Assembly (NCBI GenBank): GCA_965248695.1
Contig: CBDFKD010000002.1
Span: forward strand, 4,736,001-4,800,000
Direction: 5' to 3'
DNA: 64,000 nt
DNA from: Acidobacteriota bacterium
Lineage (GTDB): Bacteria > Acidobacteriota > UBA890 > WLXD01
Part shown: positions 47,787-56,246 of the stretch, piece after piece
How positions within the stretch are numbered: position 1 is the stretch's first letter
Layout: each line of letters opens with the position of its first letter
Notes under the pieces: generated by a model
Databases searched by the model: none
What the model saw: the letters and a program-made list of their open reading frames with translations, nothing else
What the model was told of the DNA's origin: nothing
Made by a program: the position numbers and the translations under genes

Positions 47787-48950
47787 ATGGGCTACCGACT
47801 CAACGGGCAGCAACAGCTTATTTGCGACGGCGTGCGCGATGCGTGCCGGGCGTTCCCCGATGAATACTGGCGGGCTCTCGAGCGGCAGGATGCCTACCCC
47901 ACCGAGTTCGTCGACGCGCTGACCGAGGGGGGTTGGCTCGCGGCGCTCATTCCCGAGGAATATGGCGGGATGGGCCTCGGGGTTCTCGAAGCCAGTCTGA
48001 TCCTCGAGGAGATGAACCGCTCTGGCGGCAACGCTGCCGTGTGTCACGCGCAGATGTACATCATGGGAACGCTGCTGCGGCATGGCTCGGACGAGCAAAA
48101 GCAGCGGTTCCTGCCGCCGATTGCTGGCGGCGAGTTGCGGTTGCAGGCCTTCGGCGTGACCGAGCCCACGACGGGGACCGATACAACGCGCACGCAGACC
48201 ATGGCGGTGCGCCACGGCGACCGCTACGTCGTAAATGGGCAGAAAGTCTTCATATCAAGGGCATTGCAGTCGGATTTGATGCTGCTGCTGGTGCGGACAA
48301 CGCCACTGGATGCGGTTGACAAGCGGACCCACGGGCTCTCGCTCTTGCTGGTCGACCTGAAGGAAGCGGTGGGCAACGGCATAACGATCCGTCCGATCCG
48401 GACGATGATGAACCACCAGAGCACCGAGTTGTTCATCGACGACCTCGAGGTGCCCGTTGATCGACTCGTGGGCGAGGAAGGGCGGGGATTTCACTACGTG
48501 CTCGACGGGATGAACGCCGAGCGCGTGCTGATCGCCGCCGAGTGCATCGGTGACGGCCGTTGGTTCATCGAACGGGCGAGCAAGTACGCCTGCGATCGGG
48601 TGGTGTTCGATCGACCGATCGGCCAGAACCAGGGCGTCCAGTTTCCGCTCGCCCGAGCTCACGTAGCGGTTGAGGCAGCTGACCTGATGCGCTTCCATGC
48701 GGCCGAGCTGTTCGATGCCGGCGAACCCTGCGGCGCCGAGGCCAACATGGCCAAGCTGCTGGCCGCCGACGCCTCCTGGGAGGCGGCGAACGTGGCGCTA
48801 CAGACGCACGGTGGGTTCGGCTTTGCGGAGGAGTACGACATCGAGCGTAAGTTTCGCGAGACCCGGCTGTACCAGGTGGCACCGGTATCGACCAACATGA
48901 TCCTGGCGTTCATCGCCACCAAGGTGCTGGGGCTGCCGAGGTCGTATTGA
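47787..48950 (+). CDS. Acyl-CoA dehydrogenase
   Basis: 'IPEEYGG', 'VTEPTTGTD', 'NGQKVFIS', 'FDRPIGQNQGVQF', 'QTHGGFGF'. Confidence 0.95.
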   Translation: MGYRLNGQQQLICDGVRDACRAFPDEYWRALERQDAYPTEFVDALTEGGWLAALIPEEYGGMGLGVLEASLILEEMNRSGGNAAVCHAQMYIMGTLLRHGSDEQKQRFLPPIAGGELRLQAFGVTEPTTGTDTTRTQTMAVRHGDRYVVNGQKVFISRALQSDLMLLLVRTTPLDAVDKRTHGLSLLLVDLKEAVGNGITIRPIRTMMNHQSTELFIDDLEVPVDRLVGEEGRGFHYVLDGMNAERVLIAAECIGDGRWFIERASKYACDRVVFDRPIGQNQGVQFPLARAHVAVEAADLMRFHAAELFDAGEPCGAEANMAKLLAADASWEAANVALQTHGGFGFAEEYDIERKFRETRLYQVAPVSTNMILAFIATKVLGLPRSY

Positions 48951-49014
48951 TGCGCTTCGCAGTACCCGGCCAACCGGCGATAGGCACCACGCTCGCGACG
49001 TGGCAGGGGTCGGC

Positions 49015-50193
49015 ATGGTGATGCCGCTCGACGACGTCACCGTAGTGGCGCTCGAGCAGGCTGTGGCCGCCCCGTTCGCCAGCCGGCAGCTGGCAGATCA
49101 CGGAGCGCGCGTCATCAAGATCGAGCGCCCCGGCACAGGGGACTTCGCTCGCGCCTACGACACCCGCGCCAACGGCCTGGCGAGCTACTTCGTGTGGCTC
49201 AATCGTGGCAAGGAATCGCTGACCCTCGATCTCAAACATCCGGAGGGCAAGGAGCTACTGGCGAAACTGCTGGCGGACGCCGACGTGTTCCTGTCGAACC
49301 TTGCTCCGGGGGCGGTGGAGAGGCTCGGTTTCGGCGCCACGACGCTACGACGACGCCACCCGCGGTTGGTGGTGTGCGAGGTGTCGGGCTACGGCATCGG
49401 CGGTCCCGACGAGCAACGCAAGGCGTATGATCTGCTCGTGCAGGCCGAGGCCGGCCTGATGTCGGTAACTGGCACGGACGAACAGCCCAGCAAGGTGGGT
49501 ATCTCGGTGGCCGACATCTCCGCCGGTATGTACGCCTTCTCGGGCGTTCTGACCGCGCTGTACCAACGAGCTCGGAGCGGCTCGGGGACGATCGTGCGCG
49601 TGGCGCTTCTGGACACGCTGGCTGAATGGATGAGTCAGCCGATGTACTACGCCGGCGAGGACGGTGAGCCGCCTCGACGCAGCGGCGCAGAGCACGCGAC
49701 GATCGCGCCTTATGGCCCCTTCGTCTGTGCCGACGGGCAGGTATTTCTGGGGATTCAGAATGAGCGTGAGTGGGCGGTGTTCTGCGACCAGGTGCTCGGC
49801 GACGCGACCCTGGCCGCGGACGCAGAGTTCGCCGACAACTCGGCGCGCGTAGCGAACCGGCAGCGGCTGCAGGAGATCGTCGAGGGCGTGCTGTGCGACC
49901 GCTCCGTCGTCGACGTCCTCAGACAGCTTGATGCAACCGGCATTGCCAGTGCGAGAATGAGATCTGTGGGCGAGCTGGTCGAGCACCCGCAGCTGACAGC
50001 ACGTGATCGGTGGCGCCAGGTTGACTCGCCCGTCGGGCCGTTGCCCGCCTTGCTGCCGCCCGTGATCATGGAAGGAGTAGAGCCCGCGATGGGGCCGGTA
50101 CCCGATGTCGGCGAGCAGACGGAACAGATTCTTCGAGAGTTGCAGCTCGATGACGTTACGATCTCGCAGTTGCGGCAGCGCCAAGTCATCTGA
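49015..50193 (+). CDS. CaiB/BaiF (class III) CoA-transferase
   Basis: 'AAPFASRQLADHGARVIKIERP', 'LNRGKESLTLDLK', 'KAYD'. Confidence 0.95.
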   Translation: MVMPLDDVTVVALEQAVAAPFASRQLADHGARVIKIERPGTGDFARAYDTRANGLASYFVWLNRGKESLTLDLKHPEGKELLAKLLADADVFLSNLAPGAVERLGFGATTLRRRHPRLVVCEVSGYGIGGPDEQRKAYDLLVQAEAGLMSVTGTDEQPSKVGISVADISAGMYAFSGVLTALYQRARSGSGTIVRVALLDTLAEWMSQPMYYAGEDGEPPRRSGAEHATIAPYGPFVCADGQVFLGIQNEREWAVFCDQVLGDATLAADAEFADNSARVANRQRLQEIVEGVLCDRSVVDVLRQLDATGIASARMRSVGELVEHPQLTARDRWRQVDSPVGPLPALLPPVIMEGVEPAMGPVPDVGEQTEQILRELQLDDVTISQLRQRQVI

Positions 50194-50219
50194 TCCCGAA
50201 GGGGCGACGAGAACAGGAG

Positions 50220-50726
50220 GTGAGCGTGGCGATCAAGGAAGGTTGGACCGGCCGCGTGTACGAAGATTTCGAAGTTGGAGACATCTACGAGCATCCCCTC
50301 GGGCGCACGATCACGCAGACCGACAACAGCTGGTTCACGCTCCTGACGCAGAACACCAACCCGATCCACTTCGATCGTGAGCTCAGCGCCGCCACCGAGT
50401 TCGGCAAGCCGCTGGTGAACTCCGCTCTGACCCTGGCGATGGTGACCGGGCAGTCGGTGACCGATCTGTCGCAGAACGTCATGGCGAACCTCGGCTGGGA
50501 CAAGGTGCGTCTCCCGGCGCCGCTGTTCGAGGGCGATACGCTGTATTCCCGCAGCGAGGTGCTGGAGAAGCGAGAGTCGAGATCCCGCTCCAACGTCGGC
50601 ATCGTGAGGGTAAAGTCGAGCGGCTACAAGCAGGACGGCACATTGGTAATCGAGTACGAGCGCACCTTCATGGTCTACAAGCGTGGTCATGTGCCGCAGC
50701 GCCCGCGGCCGCAGCCGCCCGAGTGA
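50220..50726 (+). CDS. MaoC family (R)-specific dehydratase/hydratase
   Basis: 'YEDFEVG', 'GRTITQTDNSWFTLLTQNTNPIHFD', 'GDTLY'. AGGAG RBS before GTG. Confidence 0.92.
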   Translation: MSVAIKEGWTGRVYEDFEVGDIYEHPLGRTITQTDNSWFTLLTQNTNPIHFDRELSAATEFGKPLVNSALTLAMVTGQSVTDLSQNVMANLGWDKVRLPAPLFEGDTLYSRSEVLEKRESRSRSNVGIVRVKSSGYKQDGTLVIEYERTFMVYKRGHVPQRPRPQPPE

Positions 50727-50783
50727 GCGCATGACGGAGCCGTCGCTGACCGAGCGCATGACAGAGCCGTCGCTGACCGAGCG
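50725..50783 (+). repeat. 27-bp tandem duplication covering the start of the MmgE/PrpD gene
   Basis: gagcgcatgacggagccgtcgctgacc / gagcgcatgacagagccgtcgctgacc / gagcg (one mismatch). Gives MTEPSLTER twice. Confidence 0.95.
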
Positions 50784-52122
50784 GCTTGCCGCATGGCTCG
50801 TCGGCCGCCGCGAGGCCGGACTCCCGGCATCGGTGCTCGATACCGCACGCACCTATGTCGTCGACTGGCTGGGCTCGCTGCTCGCCGGCACGAAGTCTGT
50901 TCCTGGCGGCATGCTGTTGGCTCACGCGGCCTCCAGATCCGGTGGCCCGTGCAGCGTCGCGGGGCTCGCGGTCGACTGCTCACCCGAGCTTGCGGCACTG
51001 ACGAACGGTGGCCTGTCGCACATCGTGGAGATGGACGACTTGCACCGGTTCTCGGTGGTGCATCCTGCCGCAGTCGTGATCCCGGCCAGCCTGGCTGTGG
51101 CCGAGGCTGAGGGCGCCACTGGCGATGCGTTCCTGGCCTCCGTGGTCGCTGGATACGAGGTCGCGATCCGTGTAGGCGAGGCTGTCGGCCCGACGCATTA
51201 CCGCCACTTCCACAACACCGCAACGTGCGGCGGTTTCGGCGCCGCAGCGGCCGCCGGCTGGCTGATGGGATTGGGTCGCGACGAGCTGGTGTGGGCGCTC
51301 GGCAATGCCGGCACGCAGGCATCGGGCTTCTGGGAATTCAACGCTGACGGTGCGATGAGCAAGCACCTGCACGCCGGGCGGGCGGCGTCCAACGGAGTGT
51401 TGGCGGCGGCGCTTGCGGCCCACGGCTTCACCGGCGCCCGCCGAATTCTCGAGGGCGAGCGAGGACTGTTCGCCGGCATGGCACCCGACGCCACCCCCGA
51501 GCGTGTGGTCGAGAACCTCGATTCTCCTGAGCTCAAGATCGGTGGAACGTCGCTGAAGCCGCATGCGTCGTGTCGCCATACGCATGCTCCCGTGGATGCG
51601 GCGTTGGAGCTACGTGCGCAGCTGGGAGACAACGGAGTCGAGGCCATTGAATCGGTGCAGGTCGACACCTACCAGGCGGCACTGGATCTGTGTGACCGGC
51701 CCGACCCACAAACACCGTACGAGGCCAGCTTCAGCTTGCAGTACTGCGTCGCCTCGGCGGTGCTGCGTGGGAGCGTCGGGTTGGCGGAGTTCATGCCGCC
51801 GAGTGTCGCCCAGGCCGACGTACGCCGCCTGCTGGCGGCAGTCGAGTGCCGCGTCGAGCCGCAGGTGGAAGCCGCGTATCCCGAGCAGTGGAGATCTCGC
51901 GTGCAGCTGAGGCTAGCCGGCGGCACAACGCTCGAAGCTGAAGTCCATGCGCCGCGCGGCGATCCAGAAAACCCGCTGTCGGCGGCCGAGGTCGAGGCCA
52001 AGTTCCGGCGGCTCGCAGAGCACGCCGACCGAGACGGTGAGGCCGATCAGTGGCTGGCTTGGGTGCGCAGCCTGGGCGCGGGTCCGCTGGGTACGAACCG
52101 GCTCCCCTGGGCGGCTCGTTGA
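50731..52122 (+). CDS. MmgE/PrpD family protein
   Basis: 'SHIVEMDDLH...HP', 'GYEV', 'KPHASCRHTH', 'PRGDPENPL'. Alternative start at 50758. Confidence 0.92.
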   Translation: MTEPSLTERMTEPSLTERLAAWLVGRREAGLPASVLDTARTYVVDWLGSLLAGTKSVPGGMLLAHAASRSGGPCSVAGLAVDCSPELAALTNGGLSHIVEMDDLHRFSVVHPAAVVIPASLAVAEAEGATGDAFLASVVAGYEVAIRVGEAVGPTHYRHFHNTATCGGFGAAAAAGWLMGLGRDELVWALGNAGTQASGFWEFNADGAMSKHLHAGRAASNGVLAAALAAHGFTGARRILEGERGLFAGMAPDATPERVVENLDSPELKIGGTSLKPHASCRHTHAPVDAALELRAQLGDNGVEAIESVQVDTYQAALDLCDRPDPQTPYEASFSLQYCVASAVLRGSVGLAEFMPPSVAQADVRRLLAAVECRVEPQVEAAYPEQWRSRVQLRLAGGTTLEAEVHAPRGDPENPLSAAEVEAKFRRLAEHADRDGEADQWLAWVRSLGAGPLGTNRLPWAAR

Positions 52123-52185
52123 CGAGAACGTAGGCGCCAGGGACAACCGCGCGTCTGTCCCGGTATGGGGTTGCGGAGACCCACC

Positions 52186-52191
52186 TATAAT
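52186..52191 (+). promoter_or_regulatory. Putative sigma70 -10 element for the NIPSNAP gene
   Basis: Perfect TATAAT in a GC-rich intergenic region, about 60 bp upstream of GGAGG-ATG 52252. No clear -35. Confidence 0.5.
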
Positions 52192-52251
52192 GGCGCTTCC
52201 ATTCTCTCGTCCGCGCGTCGCGGGCGATCGGTGCTCCCGTGGGAGGACAGC

Positions 52252-52680
52252 ATGATCCGCAGATACGGTCTTGTGGTGTTGGTGGTGGCGGTCGCGTTCG
52301 TTGCCGGTATGGTGGTCGATCAGGTGGCCACGGCGGAAGCGCAGCACAACAAGATCTACGAGCTGCGCACCTACACCACGGCCGAGGGGCGGCTGCCGGC
52401 GCTGCTGCAACGCTTTGGTGGTGGCGAGCTTGATCTGTTCGACAAGCAGGGCATGGCGAGTGTCGGATACTGGGTGCCAGATGACGCGCCGGAGTCGGAC
52501 AACACCATGATCTACATTCTGGCGCACGACAGCCGCGAAGCGGCGGCCGCTTCCTGGCAGGGATTCATGGACGACCCGGCGTGGAAGACGATGCGAGAGG
52601 AGTCGCTGGTTGACGGGCCAATCGTGATCAAGGTCGAGTCGACGTTCATGAACCCGACCGACTTCTCGCCCGCCAAGTAG
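52252..52680 (+). CDS. NIPSNAP family protein with signal peptide
   Basis: 'IYELRTY', 'VGYW', 'YILAH.SREAA..SW..F..DP.W', 'PTDFSP'. Confidence 0.9.
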   Translation: MIRRYGLVVLVVAVAFVAGMVVDQVATAEAQHNKIYELRTYTTAEGRLPALLQRFGGGELDLFDKQGMASVGYWVPDDAPESDNTMIYILAHDSREAAAASWQGFMDDPAWKTMREESLVDGPIVIKVESTFMNPTDFSPAK

Positions 52681-52715
52681 CCGTCACGTTTGTTCAGGCG
52701 ACGGTCCGCCAGCTG

Positions 52716-53663
52716 ATGGGGCGATACCGAAGGCTCGGACCCGTGCTCGTGTGCTTGACACTCGCGAGCCTTGCGGTTGGCACCGAGGCGCGCGCGCAGT
52801 CCTCGTTGATCGGCGCACGCGGTTGCATCGCGCACGCCGGTGCGAGCGCCCATGCCCCGCCGCACACGATGGCGGCCTACCGGCGCGCGTTGGAACTGGA
52901 TGCCGATTTCGTCGAGCCCGATCTGCAGCTCACGCGCGACGGTGTGCTGGTGTGCCTGCACGATCTGTCGCTCGAACGAACGACCGATGTCGAGGAAGTC
53001 TATCCCGAGCGTGCCACGGAAGTCGTGACGGCTGGGGTCACGGCGCGCACCTGGCTCGTGAACGACTTCACCCTGGAAGAGATTTGACGACTCGATGCCG
53101 GGGCCTGGTTCGATCCGGCGTTCGCCGGTGAGCGCGTACCGACGTTACAGGAGCTGATCGACCTGGCGGCCGGCAAGGCCGGCATCTACCCGGAGACCAA
53201 GGACGTCGAGTTCTATCTCGGACGCGGGATCGATGTCGATCTGAAGCTGCACCAATTGCTGGCGTCCAACGGACTGGACACGCGCGCCGGGCAGCGAGCC
53301 ACGCCGGTGCTCATCCAGTCGTTTCATGAGCGCAGCCTGCGCACGCTTAGACGGCTGGGAGGTGATCAGTACGATCTCATCCAGCTGGTCTGGATCCACC
53401 AATGGGAGCAGTTCCTCAGCGATGAAGGGCTCGACCATGTAGCGGAGTACGCTCAGGGCGTCAGCCCGTTTCTGACCTTCGTGCTCGGCGATCCGACGCT
53501 GGTGGGTCGGGCCCACGAGCGCGGCCTCGCCGTTCACGCGTGGCAGGCGTTCGAGGCCTTTCCACCGACCGAGCTCGGCGACGAGGCCGCCTATATTCGC
53601 TACCTGCTGGACGACGTGGGACTTGACGGTTTGTTCGTTCATGATCCGGGGCTCTGCCCCTGA
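52716..53663 (+). pseudogene. Glycerophosphodiester phosphodiesterase interrupted by an in-frame TGA (53085-53087)
   Basis: '[22 protein letters not shown]'. Reading through the stop gives 'FTLEEI*RLDAGAWF...ERVPTLQE...YPETK...IQSF' in the same frame to 53663. Confidence 0.88.
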
Positions 53664-53682
53664 GACGGTCCCAGGAGGAACC

Positions 53683-54081
53683 ATGAGAACACTCGCCGTC
53701 GCGACCGCAACGACGCTGGCGCTGCTCGGCGCCGGATCAGGCCTGGCCGCGGAGGATCCCAGGGTCCCGAGCGTCGAAGACATCATGGCGTTGCGGATCG
53801 TCAGCTCGGCCGAGATCTCGCCCGACGGAGCCCATGTGGCCTTTGTCCAGCATGGCGAGAACGATCGGCGGGTAACGATCGCCAATGGCTACCAGTTCCG
53901 CCAGCTGTTGCTGGACAAGGGCATCGAGGCACGCATGATCGTCTACAACGGAATGGGCCACGGTCCCTCGACTCCGCGCATGCGGCGCGCGATCAACGAG
54001 CATGCGCTCGCCTGGTTCCAGGAACACCTGTTTGGCGGTGACGCTCCTGACTTCGTCCATCCGGTTGCGGCCGACAAGTAG
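53683..54081 (+). pseudogene. S9 (prolyl oligopeptidase/acylaminoacyl peptidase) gene with a large in-frame internal deletion
   Basis: AGGAGG RBS and signal peptide. 'SVEDIMALR.VS...ISPDG..VAFV' is joined directly to 'QHGENDRRV...Y.GMGH...WF'. Propeller body and GxSxG are absent. Confidence 0.85.
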
Positions 54082-54109
54082 GCGACGAGCCGGGGATCGA
54101 AGGGCTGCG

Positions 54110-56209
54110 ATGAGCTATCGGATCGGCGTCGACATCGGGGGCACGTTTACCGATCTGGTGCTGGTGGACGACGACGGGGCCGTCTTCGAGGTCGCGAAAG
54201 TGTTGACGACCTCCGCCGATCCTGCCCAGGCCGTGGGGGAGGGGGTCGAGGCACTGTTGAAGGCGACTGGAGTGCCGGCCGGGTCGATCTCGCACGTCGT
54301 GCATGGCACGACGCTCTTCGCCAATGCGCTGATCGAGCGCAAGGGGGCGCGCACGGCGCTGATCACCACTGCCGGGTTCCGTGACGCCCTGGAGATTGCG
54401 CGCGAGCATCGCTACGACATGTACGACCTGCGGCTGGAGCGTGCCGCGCCGCTGGTACCTCGCCGCCTTCGCTACGAGGTTGACGAGCGGGTGTTGGACG
54501 ATGGCTCCGTTCACCGGCCGCTCGACCTCGACAGCGCCGTGCGAGTCATCGACGAGTTGCGCGCAGAAGCCGTCCAGGCGGTGGCCGTCTGCTTGCTCCA
54601 CAGCTATGCCAACGCGGACCACGAGCAGGCCATCGGACAGCTGCTGCGCGAGCGTGCTCCGGACCTTGCGTGCTCGCTGTCCTCGGAAGTGGCGCCTGAG
54701 ATCCGGGAGTACGAGCGGACATCGACGACGGTGGCCAACGTCTACATCCAGCGGCTGGCCGAACGGTACCTGACCCGCCTCGTCGAGCGGCTGCGAGAGT
54801 TGGGTGTTGCCGGGACGCTGTTCATCATGCAGTCCAACGGTGGTACCTGTACCGTCGAGGCGGCCTGCGAGCTGCCAATCCATATCGTCGAGTCGGGACC
54901 GGCGGCGGGCGCGCTGGCCGCAGCGCACTACGGTCGGCGAATGGGGCAGTCGGACCTACTGTCGTTCGACATGGGCGGTACGACGGCCAAGGCGGGTGTG
55001 ATCGAGGACGGCGAGCCGCTCATCGCGCGCGAGTTCGAGGTGGCGCGCGTGTACCACTTCAGGCGCGGCAGCGGGCTGCCGATCAAGGCGCCGGTGATCG
55101 AGATGATCGAGATCGGAGCGGGCGGCGGCAGCATCGCCCGCCTCAACCGCCTCGGGTTGCTGGAGGTGGGGCCCCACAGCGCTGGCTCCGATCCTGGTCC
55201 CGCCTGCTATGGGCGCGGCGGGACGGCGCCGACGGTCACCGACGCCGACCTGCTGCTCGGGCTCCTCGATCCCGACTTCTTCCTCGGCGGAACCATGACG
55301 CTGGACGGCACCGCCGCCCGCGACGCCATCGCGAAACAGGTCGCAGAGCCGTTGGATCTCGACCCGGTGCGCGCCGCCTGGGGCATTCATCAAGTGGTCA
55401 ACGAGAGCATGGCTGCGGCGGCGCGGGTGCACGCTGTTGAGCGCGGCAAGGACCTGCGCCGGTTTCCGTTGTTCGCCTTCGGCGGCGCCGGGCCGGTGCA
55501 CGCGGATCGCGTGGCGCGGATCCTCGGGTGCCCGGGTTTCGTCTGCCCACGAGGTGCCGGTGTTACCTCGGCGGTCGGATTCTTGGCCGCACCCCTGTCC
55601 ACCGAATCCGTGCGCACGCTGCCTGGCAGGCTGGCGGAGCTGGACTGGTCGGCGGTCAACGATTGCCTATCGGAGATGGAGCTCGAGGGACGCCAGGTTC
55701 TGGAGGCCACGGTTCCTCCCGAGCAGATCACGGTTCGTCGATGGGGTGATTTTCGCTACAGCCTGCAGGGGCACGAGATGCGTGTTGCGGTGCCTGGCGG
55801 CACGCTCGGCAGCGCCAGTGAACCGCAGTTACGCGCCGCCTTCGAAACGGAATACGAAGCCATCTACGGGCGGACGCCCCCCGGCCCGGAGATCGAGGCA
55901 GTGAGCTGGCGGCTGTCGTGCTCCGGTCCACTGCCGGATCTGCACCTGCCCGAGGCTTCGTCCGGCGAGGTGGGTTCGACGCCAAACGCCCTCGAGGGCG
56001 AGGGCGCGATCAAGGGGAGGCGCCCGGTGTACCTGCCGGAGGAATCGGATCTGGTGCCGGTGCCGGTTTACGACCGCTACGCGCTGGTGTCCGGCGAGCG
56101 TTTCACCGGCCCCGCGATCGTCGAGGAGCGCGAGTCGACCGTAGTTGTCGGTGCGGGAGCAGACGCTCGGATCGACGATTCACTGAACCTGGTGGTGGAC
56201 TTCGGATGA
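54110..56209 (+). CDS. Hydantoinase A / 5-oxoprolinase family subunit
   Basis: 'IGVDIGGTFTD', 'HGTT', 'ESGPAAG', 'DMGGTT', 'IGAGGGSIA'. Confidence 0.95.
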   Translation: MSYRIGVDIGGTFTDLVLVDDDGAVFEVAKVLTTSADPAQAVGEGVEALLKATGVPAGSISHVVHGTTLFANALIERKGARTALITTAGFRDALEIAREHRYDMYDLRLERAAPLVPRRLRYEVDERVLDDGSVHRPLDLDSAVRVIDELRAEAVQAVAVCLLHSYANADHEQAIGQLLRERAPDLACSLSSEVAPEIREYERTSTTVANVYIQRLAERYLTRLVERLRELGVAGTLFIMQSNGGTCTVEAACELPIHIVESGPAAGALAAAHYGRRMGQSDLLSFDMGGTTAKAGVIEDGEPLIAREFEVARVYHFRRGSGLPIKAPVIEMIEIGAGGGSIARLNRLGLLEVGPHSAGSDPGPACYGRGGTAPTVTDADLLLGLLDPDFFLGGTMTLDGTAARDAIAKQVAEPLDLDPVRAAWGIHQVVNESMAAAARVHAVERGKDLRRFPLFAFGGAGPVHADRVARILGCPGFVCPRGAGVTSAVGFLAAPLSTESVRTLPGRLAELDWSAVNDCLSEMELEGRQVLEATVPPEQITVRRWGDFRYSLQGHEMRVAVPGGTLGSASEPQLRAAFETEYEAIYGRTPPGPEIEAVSWRLSCSGPLPDLHLPEASSGEVGSTPNALEGEGAIKGRRPVYLPEESDLVPVPVYDRYALVSGERFTGPAIVEERESTVVVGAGADARIDDSLNLVVDFG

Positions 56210-56246
56210 TGACAACGTCGCGACAACGCGCAATGGTGCAAGCCTG

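Noticed and set aside
53085-53087. Selenocysteine or genetic-code reassignment at the GDPD TGA
   Set aside because: The position corresponds to a non-catalytic, usually basic residue rather than Cys. TGA is used as a normal stop by many genes here, including coupled ATGA overlaps.
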